The notes beneath the pieces were generated by a model that saw nothing but the letters and a program-made list of their open reading frames with translations, was not told where the DNA came from and ran no database searches. A stretch of DNA of 64,000 nt from NCBI RefSeq assembly GCF_030144855.1, contig NC_082729.1, positions 8,122,001 through 8,186,000 of the forward strand. The letters are read 5' to 3'. Shown piece after piece: positions 20,950-35,900 of the stretch. The position numbers and the translations under genes were made by a program. This DNA is from Hypanus sabinus. Lineage: Eukaryota. Numbering within the stretch: position 1 is the first letter of the stretch; every line of letters begins with the position of its first letter.

Positions 20950-23900
20950 CTGGGAAGTGCTGGAGAAAGGTTTACAAGGACAGGGTAGTGATGGAAGAAG
21001 GTTGACAAGGACAGGGAAGCGCTGGGGGAAGTTCACAAGGACAGGGAAGTGATGGATGAAGGTTTACAAGGACAGCGAAGATGGAGGAAGGTTCACAAGG
21101 ACATGGAAGTGATGGAAAAGTTCACAAGGACAGGGAAGTGATGGAGAAAGGTTCAGAAGGACGGGGAAGTGATGGAAAAGTTCACAAGGACAGAGAAGTG
21201 ATGGAGGAAGGTTCACAAGTACAGCGAAGTGATGGAGGAAGGTTCACAAGGACAGGGAAGCGAAGGAAAAGTTCACAAGGACAGGGAAGTGATGGAAAAG
21301 TTCACAAGGACAGGGAAGTGCTGGAGGAAGGTTCACAAGGACAGGGAAGTGATGGAGGAAGGTTCACAAGGACAGGGAAGTGCTGGAGGAACGTTTACAA
21401 GGACAGGGAAGTGATGGTAAAGTTCACAAGGACAGGGAAGTGATGGAAAAGTTCACAAGGACAGGGAAGTGCTGGAGGAAGGTTCACAAGGACAGGGAAG
21501 TGATGGAAAAGTTCACAAGACAGGGAAGCGCTGGAGGAAGTTCACAAGGAAAGGGAAGAGCTGGAGGATGGTTCACAAGGACAGGGAAGTGATGGAAAAG
21601 TTCACAAAGACAGGGAAGCACTGGAGGAAGGTTCACAAGGACAGGGAAGTGATGGAAGAAGGTTGACAAGGACAGTGAAGATGGAGGAAGGTTCACAAGG
21701 ACAGGGAAGTGATGGAAAAGTTCACAAGAACAGGGAAGTGATGCAGAAAGGTTCAGAAGGACAGGGAAGTGATGGAAAATTTCACAAGGACAGAGAAGTG
21801 ATGGAGCAAGGTTTACAAGGACAGGGAAGTGCTGGAGGAAGGTTTACAAGGACAGGGAAGATGGAGGAAGGTTCACAAGGACAGGGAAGTGATGGAGGAA
21901 GGTTCATAAGCTCAGGGAAGATGGAGGAAGGTTCACAAGGACAGAAAAGTGCTGGAGGAAGGTTCACAAGGTCAGGGAAGATGGAGGAAGGTTCACAAGG
22001 ACAGGGAAGATGGAGGAAGTTTCACAAGGACAGAGAAGTGCTGGAGGAAGGTTCACAAGGACAGGGAAGTGCTGGAGGAAGGTTCACAAGGACAGGGAAG
22101 CGCTGGAGGAAGGTTCACAAGGACAGGGAAGATGGAGGAAGGTTCACAAGGACAGGGATGTGATGGAGGAAGGTTTACAAGGACAGGGAAGCGCTGGAGG
22201 AAGGTTCACAAGGACAGGGAAATGCTGGAGGAAGGTTCACAAGGACAGGGAAGTGATGGAGGAAGATTTACAAGGACAGGGAAGTGCTGGTGGAAGGTTC
22301 TCAAGGACAGGGAAGTGCTGGAGGAAGGTTCACAAGGACAGGGAAATGCTGGAGGAATGTTCACAAGGACAGGGAAGTGATGGAAAAGTTCATAAGGATG
22401 GAAGTGATGGAAATTTCACAAGGACAGGGAAGTGCTGGAGAGAGGTTCACAAGGACAGGGAAGTGATGGAAAAGTTCACAAGGACAGGGAAGATGGAGGA
22501 AGGTTGACAAGGACAAGGAAGCGCTGGAGCAAGGTTCACAAGGACAGGGAAGATGGAGGAAGGTTGACAAGGACAGGGAAGCGCTGGAGGAAGTTCACAA
22601 GGACAGGGAAGCGGTGGAGGAAGGTTCACAAGGACAGGGAAGCGGTGGAGGAAGGTTCACAAGGACAGGAAAGCTCTGGAGGAAGGTTCACAAGGACAGG
22701 GAAGATGGAGGAAGGTTCACAAGGACAGGGAAGTGCTGGAGGAAGGTTCACTAGGACAGGGAAGTGCTGGAGGAACGTTTACAAGGACAGGGAAGTGATG
22801 GTAAAGTTCACAAGGACAGGGAAGTGATGGAAAAGTTCACAAGGACAGGGAAGTGCTGGAGGAAGGTTCACAAGGACAGGGAAGTGATGGAAAAGTTTAC
22901 AAGGACAGGGAAGCGCTGGAGGAAGTTCACAAGGAAAGGGAAGAGCTGGAGGAAGTTTCACAAGGACAGGGAAGTGATGGAGAAGTTCACAAAGACAGGG
23001 AAGCACTGGAGGAAGGTTCACAAGGACAGGGAAGTGATGGAAAAGTTCAGAAGGGCAGGGAAGTGATGGAAAAGTTGACAAGGACAGGGAAGTGCTGGAG
23101 GAAGGTTTACAAGGACTGGGAAGTGCTGGAGAAGGGTTTACAAGGACAGGGTAGTGATGGAAGAAGGTTGACAAGGACAGGGAAGCGCTGGGGGAATTTC
23201 ACAAGTACAGGGAAGTGATGGATGAAGGTTTACAAGGACAGCGAAGATGGAGGAAGGTTCACAAGGACAGGGAAGTGATGGAAAAGTTCACAAGGACAGG
23301 GAAGTGATGGAGAAAGGTTCAGAAGGACAGGGAAGTGATGGAAAAGTTCACAAGGACAGAGAAGTGATGGAGCAAGGTTTACAAGGACAGGGAAGTGCTG
23401 GAGGAAGGTTTACAAGGATAGGGAAGATGGAGGAAGGTTCACAAGGACAGGGAAGTGATGGCGGAAGGTTCACAAGGACAAGGAAGATGGAGGAAGGTTC
23501 ACAAGGACAGAGAAGTGCTGGAGGAAGGTTCACAAGGGCAGGGAAGATGGAGGAAGGGTTACAAGGACAGAGAAGATGGAGGAAGGTTCACAAGGACAGA
23601 GAAGTGCTGGAGGAAGGTTCACAAGTACAGGGAAGAAGGAGGAAGGTTCACAAGGACAGGGATGTGATGGAGGAAGGTTTACAAGGACAGGGAAGTGCTG
23701 GAGGAAGGTTCACAAGGACAGGGAAATGCTGGAGGAAGGTTCACAAGGACAGCGAAGTGATGGAGGAAGGTTTACAAGGACAGGGAAGTGCTGGAGGGAG
23801 GTTCACAAGGACAGGGAAGTGCTGGAGGGAGGTTCACAAGGACAGGGAAGTGATGGAAAAGTTCACAAGGACAGGGAAGATGGAGGAAGGTTGACAAGGA

Positions 23901-26900
23901 CAAGGCAGCGCTGGAGGAAGGTTCACAAGGACAGGGAAGATGGAGAAAGGTTGACAAGGACAGGGAAGCGCTGGAGGAAGTTCACAAGGACAGGGAAGCG
24001 GTGGAGGAAGTTTCACGAGGACAGGAAAGCTCTGGAGGAAGGTTCACAAGGACAGGGAAGATGGAGGAAGGTTCACAAGGACAGGGAAGTGCTGGAGGAA
24101 GGTTCACTAGGACAGGGAAATGCTGGAGGAACGTTTACAAGGACAGGGAAGTGATGGTAAAGTTCACAAGGACAGGGAAGTGATGGAAAAGTTCACAAGG
24201 ACAGGGAAGTGCTGGAGGAATGTTCACAAGGACAGGGAAGTGATGGAAAAGTTTACAAGGACAGGGAAGCGCTGGCGGAATTTCACAAGGAAGGGGAAGA
24301 GCTGGAGGAAGTTTCACAAGGACAGGGAAGTGATGGAAAAGTTCACAAAGACAGGGAAGCACTGGAGGAAGGTTCACAAGGACAGGGAAGTGATGGAAAA
24401 GTTCAGAAGGACAGGGAAGTGATGGAAAAGTTGACAAGGACAGGGAAGTGCTGGAGAAAGGTTTACAAGGACTGGGAAGTGCTGGAGAAAGGTTTACAAG
24501 GACAGGGTAGTGATGGAAGAAGGTTGACAAGGACAGGGAAGCGCTGGGGGAAGTTCACAAGGACAGGGAAGTGATGGATGAAGGTTTACAAGGACAGCGA
24601 AGATGGAGGAAGGTTCACAAGGACAGGGATGTGATGGAGGATGGTTTACAAGGACAGGGAAGCGCTGGATGAAGGTTCACAAGGACAGGGAAGATGGAGG
24701 AAGGTTCAGAAGGACGGGGAAGTGATGGAAAAGTTCACAAGGACAGAGAAGTGATGGAGGAAGGTTCACAAGTACAGCGAAGTGCTGGAGGAAGGTTCTC
24801 AAGGACAGGGAAGATGGAGGAAGGTTCACAAGGACAGTGAAGTGCTGGAGGAAGGTTCTCAAGGACAGGGAAGATTGAGGAAGGTTCACAAGGACAGGGA
24901 TGTGATGGAGGATGGTTTACAAGGACAGGGAAGCGCTGGTGGAAGGTTTACAAGGACAGGGAAGTGCTGGCGGAAGGTTCACAAGGACAGGGAAATGCTG
25001 GAGGAAGGTTCACAAGGACAGGGAAGTGATGGAGGAAGGTTTACAAGGACAGGTAAGTGCTGGAGGAAGGTTAACAACTACAGGGAAGTGCTGGAGGAAG
25101 GTTCACAAGGACAGGGAAATGCTGGAGGAAGGTTCACAAGGACAGGGAAGTGATGGAAAAGTTCATAAGGATGGAAGTGATGGAAAAGTTCACAAGGACA
25201 GGGAAGTGCTGGAGGGAGGTTCACAAGGACAGGGAAGTGATGGAAAAGTTCACAAGGACAGGGAAGATGGAGGAAGGTTGACAAGGACAAGGAAGCGCTG
25301 GAGCAAGGTTCACAAGGACAGGGAAGATGGAGGAAGGTTGACAAGGACAGGGAAGCGCTGGAGGAAGTTCACAAGGTCAGGGAAGTGGTGGAGGAAGGTT
25401 CACAAGGACAGTGAAGCGCTGGAGGAAGGTTCACAAGGACAGGGAAGATGGCGGAAGGTTCACAAGGACAGGGAAGCGATGGAAAAGTTCACAAGGACAG
25501 GGAAGTGATGGAAAAGTTCACAAGGACAGGGAAGTGCTGGAGGAAGGTTCACAAGGACAGGGAAGTGATGGAGGAAGGTTCACAAGGACAGGGAAGTGAT
25601 GGAGGAAGGTTCACAAGGACAGGGAAGTGCTGGAGGAACGTTTACAAGGACAGGGAAGTGATGGTAAAGTTCACAAGGACAGGGAAGTGATGGAAATGTT
25701 CAGAAGGACAGGGAAGTGCTGGAGGAAGTTTCACAAGGACAGGGATGTGATGGAAAAGTTCACAAGGACAGGGAAGCGCTGGCGGAATTTCACAAGGAAG
25801 GGGAAGAGCTGGAGGAAGTTTCACAAGGACAGGGAAGTGATGGAAAAGTTCACAAAGACAGGGAAGCACTGGAGGAAGGTTCACAAGGACAGGGAAGTGA
25901 TGGAAAAGTTCAGAAGGACAGGGAAGTGATGGAAAAGTTGACAAGGACAGGGAAGTGCTGGAGAAAGGTTTACAAGGACTGGGAAGTGCTGGAGAAAGGT
26001 TTACAAGGACAGGGTAGTGATGGAAGAAGGTTGACAAGGACAGGGAAGCGCTGGGGGAAGTTCACAAGGACAGGGAAGTGATGGATGAAGGTTTACAAGG
26101 ACAGCGAAGATGGAGGAAGGTTCACAAGGACAGGGATGTGATGGAGGATGGTTTACAAGGACAGGGAAGCGCTGGATGAAGGTTCACAAGGACAGGGAAG
26201 ATGGAGGAAGGTTCAGAAGGACGGGGAAGTGATGGAAAAGTTCACAAGGACAGAGAAGTGATGGAGGAAGGTTCACAAGTACAGCGAAGTGCTGGAGGAA
26301 GGTTCTCAAGGACAGGGAAGATGGAGGAAGGTTCACAAGGACAGTGAAGTGCTGGAGGAAGGTTCTCAAGGACAGGGAAGATTGAGGAAGGTTCACAAGG
26401 ACAGGGATGTGATGGAGGATGGTTTACAAGGACAGGGAAGCGCTGGTGGAAGGTTTACAAGGACAGGGAAGTGCTGGCGGAAGGTTCACAAGGACAGGGA
26501 AATGCTGGAGGAAGGTTCACAAGGACAGGGAAGTGATGGAGGAAGGTTTACAAGGACAGGTAAGTGCTGGAGGAAGGTTAACAACTACAGGGAAGTGCTG
26601 GAGGAAGGTTCACAAGGACAGGGAAATGCTGGAGGAAGGTTCACAAGGACAGGGAAGTGATGGAAAAGTTCATAAGGATGGAAGTGATGGAAAAGTTCAC
26701 AAGGACAGGGAAGTGCTGGAGGGAGGTTCACAAGGACAGGGAAGTGATGGAAAAGTTCACAAGGACAGGGAAGATGGAGGAAGGTTGACAAGGACAAGGA
26801 AGCGCTGGAGCAAGGTTCACAAGGACAGGGAAGATGGAGGAAGGTTGACAAGGACAGGGAAGCGCTGGAGGAAGTTCACAAGGTCAGGGAAGTGGTGGAG

Positions 26901-29900
26901 GAAGGTTCACAAGGACAGTGAAGCGCTGGAGGAAGGTTCACAAGGACAGGGAAGATGGCGGAAGGTTCACAAGGACAGGGAAGCGATGGAAAAGTTCACA
27001 AGGACAGGGAAGTGATGGAAAAGTTCACAAGGACAGGGAAGTGCTGGAGGAAGGTTCACAAGGACAGGGAAGTGATGGAGGAAGGTTCACAAGGACAGGG
27101 AAGTGATGGAGGAAGGTTCACAAGGACAGGGAAGTGCTGGAGGAACGTTTACAAGGACAGGGAAGTGATGGTAAAGTTCACAAGGACAGGGAAGTGATGG
27201 AAATGTTCAGAAGGACAGGGAAGTGCTGGAGGAAGTTTCACAAGGACAGGGATGTGATGGAAAAGTTCACAAGGACAGGGAAGTGATGGAAAAGTTCACA
27301 AGGACAGGGAAGTGCTGGAGGAAGGTTTACAAGGACAGGGAAGAGCTGAAGGAAGGTTAACAAAGACAGGGTAGTGATGGAGGAAGTTTCACAAGGACAG
27401 GGAAGTGCTGGAGGAAGGTTCACAAGGACAGGGATGTGATGGAGGAATGTTCACAAGGACAGGGAAGCACTGTAGGAAGGTTCACAAGGACAGAGAAGTG
27501 ATTGAAAAGTTCTCCAGCACAGGGAAGCAATGGAGGAAGATTTATAAGGACAGGGAAATGATAGAGGAAGGTTCACAAGGACAGGGAAGTGATGGAGGAA
27601 GGTTCAAAAGGACAGGGAAGTGATGGAGGAAGGTTCACAAGGACAGGGAAGTGATGTAAATGTTCACAAGCACAGGGAAGTGATGGAGGAAGGTTCACAA
27701 GGACAGGGAAGTGATGGAGAAAGGTACACAAGCACAGGGAAGTGCTGGTGGAAGGTTCACTAGGACAGGGAAGTGCTGGAGGAACGTTTACAAGACAGGG
27801 AAGTGATGGTAAAGTTCACAAGGACAGGGAAGTGATGGAAAAGTTCACAAGGACAGGGAAGTGCTGGAGGAAGGTTCACAAGGACAGGGAAGTGATGGAA
27901 AGGTTTACAAGGACAGGGAAGCGCTGGAGGAAGTTCACAAGGAAAGGGAAGAGCTGGAGGAAGTTTCACAAGGACAGGGAAGTGATGGAAAAGTTCACAA
28001 AGACAGGGAAGCACTGGAGGAAGGTTCACAAGGACAGGGAAGTGATGGAAAAGTTCAGAAGGACAGGGAAGTGATGGAAAAGTTCACAAGGACAGGGAAG
28101 TGATGGAGAAAGGTTCAGAAGGACAGGGAAGTGATGGAAAAGTTCACAAGGACAGAGAAGTGATGGAGCAATGTTTACAAGGACAGGGAAGTGCTGGAGG
28201 AAGGTTTACAAGGACAGGGAAGATGGAGGAAGGTTCACAAGGACAGGGAAGTGATGGCGGAAGGTTCACAAGGACAAGGAAGATGGAGGAAGGTTCACAA
28301 GGACAGAGAAGTGCTGGAGGAAGGTTTACAAGGACAGGGAAATGCTGGAGGAAGGTTCACAAGGACAGGGAAATGCTGGAGGAAGGTTCACAAGGAGAGG
28401 GAAGATGGAGGAAGGTTCACAAGGACAGGGAAGTGCTGGAGGGAGGTTCACAAGGACAGGGAAGTGATGGAAAAGTTCACAAGGACAGGGAAGATGGAGG
28501 AAGGTTGACAAGGACAAGGAAGCGCTGGAGGAAGGTTCACAAGGACAGGGAAGATGGAGAAAGGTTGACAAGGACAGGGAAGCGCTGGAGGAAGTTCACA
28601 AGGACAGGGAAGCGGTGGAGGAAGGTTCACAAGGACAGGAAAGCTCTGGAGGAAGGTTCACAAGGACAGGGAAGATGGAGGAAGGTTCACAAGGTCAGGG
28701 AAGTGCTGGAGGAAGGTTCACTAGGACAGGGAAGTGCTGGAGGAACGTTTACAAGGACAGGGAAGTGATGGAGAAAGGTTCAGAAATACGGGGAAGTGAT
28801 GGAAAAGTTCACAAGGACGGAGAAGTGATGGAGGAAGGTTCACAAGTACAGGGAAGTGATGGAGGAAGGTTCACAAGGACAGGCAAGTGCTGGAGGAAGG
28901 TTGACAAGGACAGGGAAGCGCTGGAGGAAGTTCACAAGGACAGGGAAGCAGTGGAGGAAGGTTCACAAGGACAGGGAAGCGCTGGAGGAAGGTTCACAAG
29001 GACAGGGAGGATGGAGGAAGGTTCACAAGGACAGGGAAGTGCTGGAGGAAGGTTCACAAGGACAGGGAAGCGATGGAAAAGTTCACAAGGACAGGGAAGT
29101 GATGGAAAAGTTCACAAGGACAGGGAAGTGATGGAAAAGTTCAGAAGGACAGGGAAGTGATGGAAAAGTTCACAAGGACAGGGAAGTGCTGGAGGAAGGA
29201 TTACAAGGACTGGGAAGTGCTGGAGAAAGGTTTACAAGGACAGGGTAGTGATGGAAGAAGGTTGACAAGGACAGGGAAGCGCTGGGGGAAGTTCACAAGG
29301 ACAGGGAAGTGATGGATGAAGGTTTACAAGGACAGCGAAGATGGAGGAAGGTTCACAAGGACATGGAAGTGATGGAAAAGTTCACAAGGACAGGGAAGTG
29401 ATGGAGAAAGGTTCAGAAGGACGGGGAAGTGATGGAAAAGTTCACAAGGACAGAGAAGTGATGGAGGAAGGTTCACAAGTACAGCGAAGTGATGGAGGAA
29501 GGTTCACAAGGACAGGGAAGCGAAGGAAAAGTTCACAAGGACAGGGAAGTGATGGAAAAGTTCACAAGGACAGGGAAGTGCTGGAGGAAGGTTCACAAGG
29601 ACAGGGAAGTGATGGAGGAAGGTTCACAAGGACAGGGAAGTGCTGGAGGAACGTTTACAAGGACAGGGAAGTGATGGTAAAGTTCACAAGGACAGGGAAG
29701 TGATGGAAAAGTTCACAAGGACAGGGAAGTGCTGGAGGAAGGTTCACAAGGACAGGGAAGTGATGGAAAAGTTCACAAGACAGGGAAGCGCTGGAGGAAG
29801 TTCACAAGGAAAGGGAAGAGCTGGAGGATGGTTCACAAGGACAGGGAAGTGATGGAAAAGTTCACAAAGACAGGGAAGCACTGGAGGAAGGTTCACAAGG

Positions 29901-32900
29901 ACAGGGAAGTGATGGAAGAAGGTTGACAAGGACAGTGAAGATGGAGGAAGGTTCACAAGGACAGGGAAGTGATGGAAAAGTTCACAAGAACAGGGAAGTG
30001 ATGCAGAAAGGTTCAGAAGGACAGGGAAGTGATGGAAAATTTCACAAGGACAGAGAAGTGATGGAGCAAGGTTTACAAGGACAGGGAAGTGCTGGAGGAA
30101 GGTTTACAAGGACAGGGAAGATGGAGGAAGGTTCACAAGGACAGGGAAGTGATGGAGGAAGGTTCATAAGCTCAGGGAAGATGGAGGAAGGTTCACAAGG
30201 ACAGAAAAGTGCTGGAGGAAGGTTCACAAGGTCAGGGAAGATGGAGGAAGGTTCACAAGGACAGGGAAGATGGAGGAAGTTTCACAAGGACAGAGAAGTG
30301 CTGGAGGAAGGTTCACAAGGACAGGGAAGTGCTGGAGGAAGGTTCACAAGGACAGGGAAGCGCTGGAGGAAGGTTCACAAGGACAGGGAAGATGGAGGAA
30401 GGTTCACAAGGACAGGGATGTGATGGAGGAAGGTTTACAAGGACAGGGAAGCGCTGGAGGAAGGTTCACAAGGACAGGGAAATGCTGGAGGAAGGTTCAC
30501 AAGGACAGGGAAGTGATGGAGGAAGGTTTACAAGGACAGGGAAGTGCTGGTGGAAGGTTCTCAAGGACAGGGAAGTGCTGGAGGAAGGTTCACAAGGAAA
30601 GGGAAATGCTGGAGGAAGGTTCACAAGGACAGGGAAGTGATGGAAAAGTTCATAAGGATGGAAGTGATGGAAATTTCACAAGGACAGGGAAGTGCTGGAG
30701 AGAGGTTCACAAGGACAGGGAAGTGATGGAAAAGTTCACAAGGACAGGGAAGATGGAGGAAGGTTGACAAGGACAAGGAAGCGCTGGAGCAAGGTTCACA
30801 AGGACAGGGAAGATGGAGGAAGGTTGACAAGGACAGGGAAGCGCTGGAGGAAGTTCACAAGGACAGGGAAGCGGTGGAGGAAGGTTCACAAGGACAGGGA
30901 AGCGGTGGAGGAAGGTTCACAAGGACAGGAAAGCTCTGGAGGAAGGTTCACAAGGACAGGGAAGATGGAGGAAGGTTCACAAGGACAGGGAAGTGCTGGA
31001 GGAAGGGTCACTAGGACAGGGAAGTGCTGGAGGAACGTTTACAAGGACAGGGAAGTGATGGTAAAGTTCACAAGGACAGGGAAGTGATGGAAAAGTTCAC
31101 AAGGACAGGGAAGTGCTGGAGGAAGGTTCACAAGGACAGGGAAGTGATGGAAAAGTTTACAAGGACAGGGAAGCGCTGGAGGAAGTTCACAAGGAAAGGG
31201 AAGAGCTGGAGGAAGTTTCACAAGGACAGGGAAGTGATGGAGAAGTTCACAAAGACAGGGAAGCACTGGAGGAAGGTTCACAAGGACAGGGAAGTGATGG
31301 AAAAGTTCAGAAGGGCAGGGAAGTGATGGAAAAGTTCACAAGGACAGGGAAGTGCTGGAGGAAGGTTTACAAGGACTGGGAAGTGCTGGAGAAGGGTTTA
31401 CAAGGACAGGGTAGTGATGGAAGAAGGTTGACAAGGACAGGGAAGCGCTGGGGGAAGTTCACAAGTACAGGGAAGTGATGGATGAAGGTTTACAAGGACA
31501 GCGAAGATGGAGGAAGGTTCACAAGGACAGGGAAGTGATGGAAAAGTTCACAAGGACAGGGAAGTGATGGAGAAAGGTTCAGAAGGACAGGGAAGTGATG
31601 GAAAAGTTCACAAGGACAGAGAAGTGATGGAGCAAGGTTTACAAGGACAGGGAAGTGCTGGAGGAAGGTTTACAAGGATAGGGAAGATGGAGGAAGGTTC
31701 ACAAGGACAGGGAAGTGATGGCGGAAGGTTCACAAGGACAAGGAAGATGGAGGAAGGTTCACAAGGACAGAGAAGTGCTGGAGGAAGGTTCACAAGGGCA
31801 GGGAAGATGGAGGAAGGTTTACAAGGACAGAGAAGATGGAGGAAGGTTCACAAGGACAGAGAAGTGCTGGAGGAAGGTTCACAAGTACAGGGAAGAAGGA
31901 GGAAGGTTCACAAGGACAGGGATGTGATGGAGGAAGGTTTACAAGGACAGGGAAGTGCTGGAGGAAGGTTCACAAGGACAGCGAAGTGATGGAGGAAGGT
32001 TTACAAGGACAGGGAAGTGCTGGAGGGAGGTTCACAAGGACAGGGAAGTGCTGGAGGGAGGTTCACAAGGACAGGGAAGTGATGGAAAAGTTCACAAGGA
32101 CAGGGAAGATGGAGGAAGGTTGACAAGGACAAGGCAGCGCTGGAGGAAGGTTCACAAGGACAGGGAAGATGGAGAAAGGTTGACAAGGACAGGGAAGCGC
32201 TGGAGGAAGTTCACAAGGACAGGGAAGCGGTGGAGGAAGTTTCACGAGGACAGGAAAGCTCTGGAGGAAGGTTCACAAGGACAGGGAAGATGGAGGAAGG
32301 TTCACAAGGACAGGGAAGTGCTGGAGGAAGGTTCACTAGGACAGGGAAATGCTGGAGGAACGTTTACAAGGACAGGGAAGTGATGGTAAAGTTCACAAGG
32401 ACAGGGAAGTGATGGAAAAGTTCACAAGGACAGGGAAGTGCTGGAGGAATGTTCACAAGGACAGGGAAGTGATGGAAAAGTTTACAAGGACAGGGAAGCG
32501 CTGGCGGAATTTCACAAGGAAGGGGAAGAGCTGGAGGAAGTTTCACAAGGACAGGGAAGTGATGGAAAAGTTCACAAAGACAGGGAAGCACTGGAGGAAG
32601 GTTCACAAGGACAGGGAAGTGATGGAAAAGTTCAGAAGGACAGGGAAGTGATGGAAAAGTTGACAAGGACAGGGAAGTGCTGGAGAAAGGTTTACAAGGA
32701 CTGGGAAGTGCTGGAGAAAGGTTTACAAGGACAGGGTAGTGATGGAAGAAGGTTGACAAGGACAGGGAAGCGCTGGGGGAAGTTCACAAGGACAGGGAAG
32801 TGATGGATGAAGGTTTACAAGGACAGCGAAGATGGAGGAAGGTTCACAAGGACAGGGATGTGATGGAGGATGGTTTACAAGGACAGGGAAGCGCTGGATG

Positions 32901-35900
32901 AAGGTTCACAAGGACAGGGAAGATGGAGGAAGGTTCAGAAGGACGGGGAAGTGATGGAAAAGTTCACAAGGACAGAGAAGTGATGGAGGAAGGTTCACAA
33001 GTACAGCGAAGTGCTGGAGGAAGGTTCTCAAGGACAGGGAAGATGGAGGAAGGTTCACAAGGACAGTGAAGTGCTGGAGGAAGGTTCTCAAGGACAGGGA
33101 AGATGGAGGAAGGTTCACAAGGACAGGGATGTGATGGAGGATGGTTTACAAGGACAGGGAAGCGCTGGTGGAAGGTTTACAAGGACAGGGAAGTGCTGGC
33201 GGAAGGTTCACAAGGACAGGGAAATGCTGGAGGAAGGTTCACAAGGACAGGGAAGTGATGGAGGAAGGTTTACAAGGACAGGGAAGTGCTGGAGGGAGGT
33301 TCACAAGGACAGGGAAGTGATGGAAAAGTTCACAAGGACAGGGAAGATGGAGGAAGGTTGACAAGGACAAGGCAGCGCTGGAGGAAGGTTCACAAGGACA
33401 GGGAAGATGGAGAAAGGTTGACAAGGACAGGGAAGCGCTGGAGGAAGTTCACAAGGACAGGGAAGCGGTGGAGGAAGTTTCACGAGGACAGGAAAGCTCT
33501 GGAGGAAGGTTCACAAGGACAGGGAAGATGGAGGAAGGTTCACAAGGACAGGGAAGTGCTGGAGGAAGGTTCACTAGGACAGGGAAATGCTGGAGGAACG
33601 TTTACAAGGACAGGGAAGTGATGGTAAAGTTCACAAGGACAGGGAAGTGATGGAAAAGTTCACAAGGACAGGGAAGTGCTGGAGGAATGTTCACAAGGAC
33701 AGGGAAGTGATGGAAAAGTTTACAAGGACAGGGAAGCGCTGGCGGAATTTCACAAGGAAGGGGAAGAGCTGGAGGAAGTTTCACAAGGACAGGGAAGTGA
33801 TGGAAAAGTTCACAAAGACAGGGAAGCACTGGAGGAAGGTTCACAAGGACAGGGAAGTGATGGAAAAGTTCAGAAGGACAGGGAAGTGATGGAAAAGTTG
33901 ACAAGGACAGGGAAGTGCTGGAGAAAGGTTTACAAGGACTGGGAAGTGCTGGAGAAAGGTTTACAAGGACAGGGTAGTGATGGAAGAAGGTTGACAAGGA
34001 CAGGGAAGCGCTGGGGGAAGTTCACAAGGACAGGGAAGTGATGGATGAAGGTTTACAAGGACAGCGAAGATGGAGGAAGGTTCACAAGGACAGGGATGTG
34101 ATGGAGGATGGTTTACAAGGACAGGGAAGCGCTGGATGAAGGTTCACAAGGACAGGGAAGATGGAGGAAGGTTCAGAAGGACGGGGAAGTGATGGAAAAG
34201 TTCACAAGGACAGAGAAGTGATGGAGGAAGGTTCACAAGTACAGCGAAGTGCTGGAGGAAGGTTCTCAAGGACAGGGAAGATGGAGGAAGGTTCACAAGG
34301 ACAGTGAAGTGCTGGAGGAAGGTTCTCAAGGACAGGGAAGATGGAGGAAGGTTCACAAGGACAGGGATGTGATGGAGGATGGTTTACAAGGACAGGGAAG
34401 CGCTGGTGGAAGGTTTACAAGGACAGGGAAGTGCTGGCGGAAGGTTCACAAGGACAGGGAAATGCTGGAGGAAGGTTCACAAGGACAGGGAAGTGATGGT
34501 AAAGTTCACAAGGACAGGGAAGTGATGGAAAAGTTCACAAGGACAGGGAAGTGCTGGAGGAATGTTCACAAGGACAGGGAAGTGATGGAAAAGTTTACAA
34601 GGACAGGGAAGCGCTGGCGGAATTTCACAAGGAAGGGGAAGAGCTGGAGGAAGTTTCACAAGGACAGGGAAGTGATGGAAAAGTTCACAAAGACAGGGAA
34701 GCACTGGAGGAAGGTTCACAAGGACAGGGAAGTGATGGAAAAGTTCAGAAGGACAGGGAAGTGATGGAAAAGTTGACAAGGACAGGGAAGTGCTGGAGAA
34801 AGGTTTACAAGGACTGGGAAGTGCTGGAGAAAGGTTTACAAGGACAGGGTAGTGATGGAAGAAGGTTGACAAGGACAGGGAAGCGCTGGGGGAAGTTCAC
34901 AAGGACAGGGAAGTGATGGATGAAGGTTTACAAGGACAGCGAAGATGGAGGAAGGTTCACAAGGACAGGGATGTGATGGAGGATGGTTTACAAGGACAGG
35001 GAAGCGCTGGATGAAGGTTCACAAGGACAGGGAAGATGGAGGAAGGTTCAGAAGGACGGGGAAGTGATGGAAAAGTTCACAAGGACAGAGAAGTGATGGA
35101 GGAAGGTTCACAAGTACAGCGAAGTGCTGGAGGAAGGTTCTCAAGGACAGGGAAGATGGAGGAAGGTTCACAAGGACAGTGAAGTGCTGGAGGAAGGTTC
35201 TCAAGGACAGGGAAGATGGAGGAAGGTTCACAAGGACAGGGATGTGATGGAGGATGGTTTACAAGGACAGGGAAGCGCTGGTGGAAGGTTTACAAGGACA
35301 GGGAAGTGCTGGCGGAAGGTTCACAAGGACAGGGAAATGCTGGAGGAAGGTTCACAAGGACAGGGAAGTGATGGAGGAAGGTTTACAAGGACAGGTAAGT
35401 GCTGGAGGAAGGTTAACAACTACAGGGAAGTGCTGGAGGAAGGTTCACAAGGACAGGGAAATGCTGGAGGAAGGTTCACAAGGACAGGGAAGTGATGGAA
35501 AAGTTCATAAGGATGGAAGTGATGGAAAAGTTCACAAGGACAGGGAAGTGCTGGAGGGAGGTTCACAAGGACAGGGAAGTGATGGAAAAGTTCACAAGGA
35601 CAGGGAAGATGGAGGAAGGTTGACAAGGACAAGGAAGCGCTGGAGCAAGGTTCACAAGGACAGGGAAGATGGAGGAAGGTTGACAAGGACAGGGAAGCGC
35701 TGGAGGAAGTTCACAAGGTCAGGGAAGTGGTGGAGGAAGGTTCACAAGGACAGTGAAGCGCTGGAGGAAGGTTCACAAGGACAGGGAAGATGGCGGAAGG
35801 TTCACAAGGACAGGGAAGCGATGGAAAAGTTCACAAGGACAGGGAAGTGATGGAAAAGTTCACAAGGACAGGGAAGTGCTGGAGGAAGGTTCACAAGGAC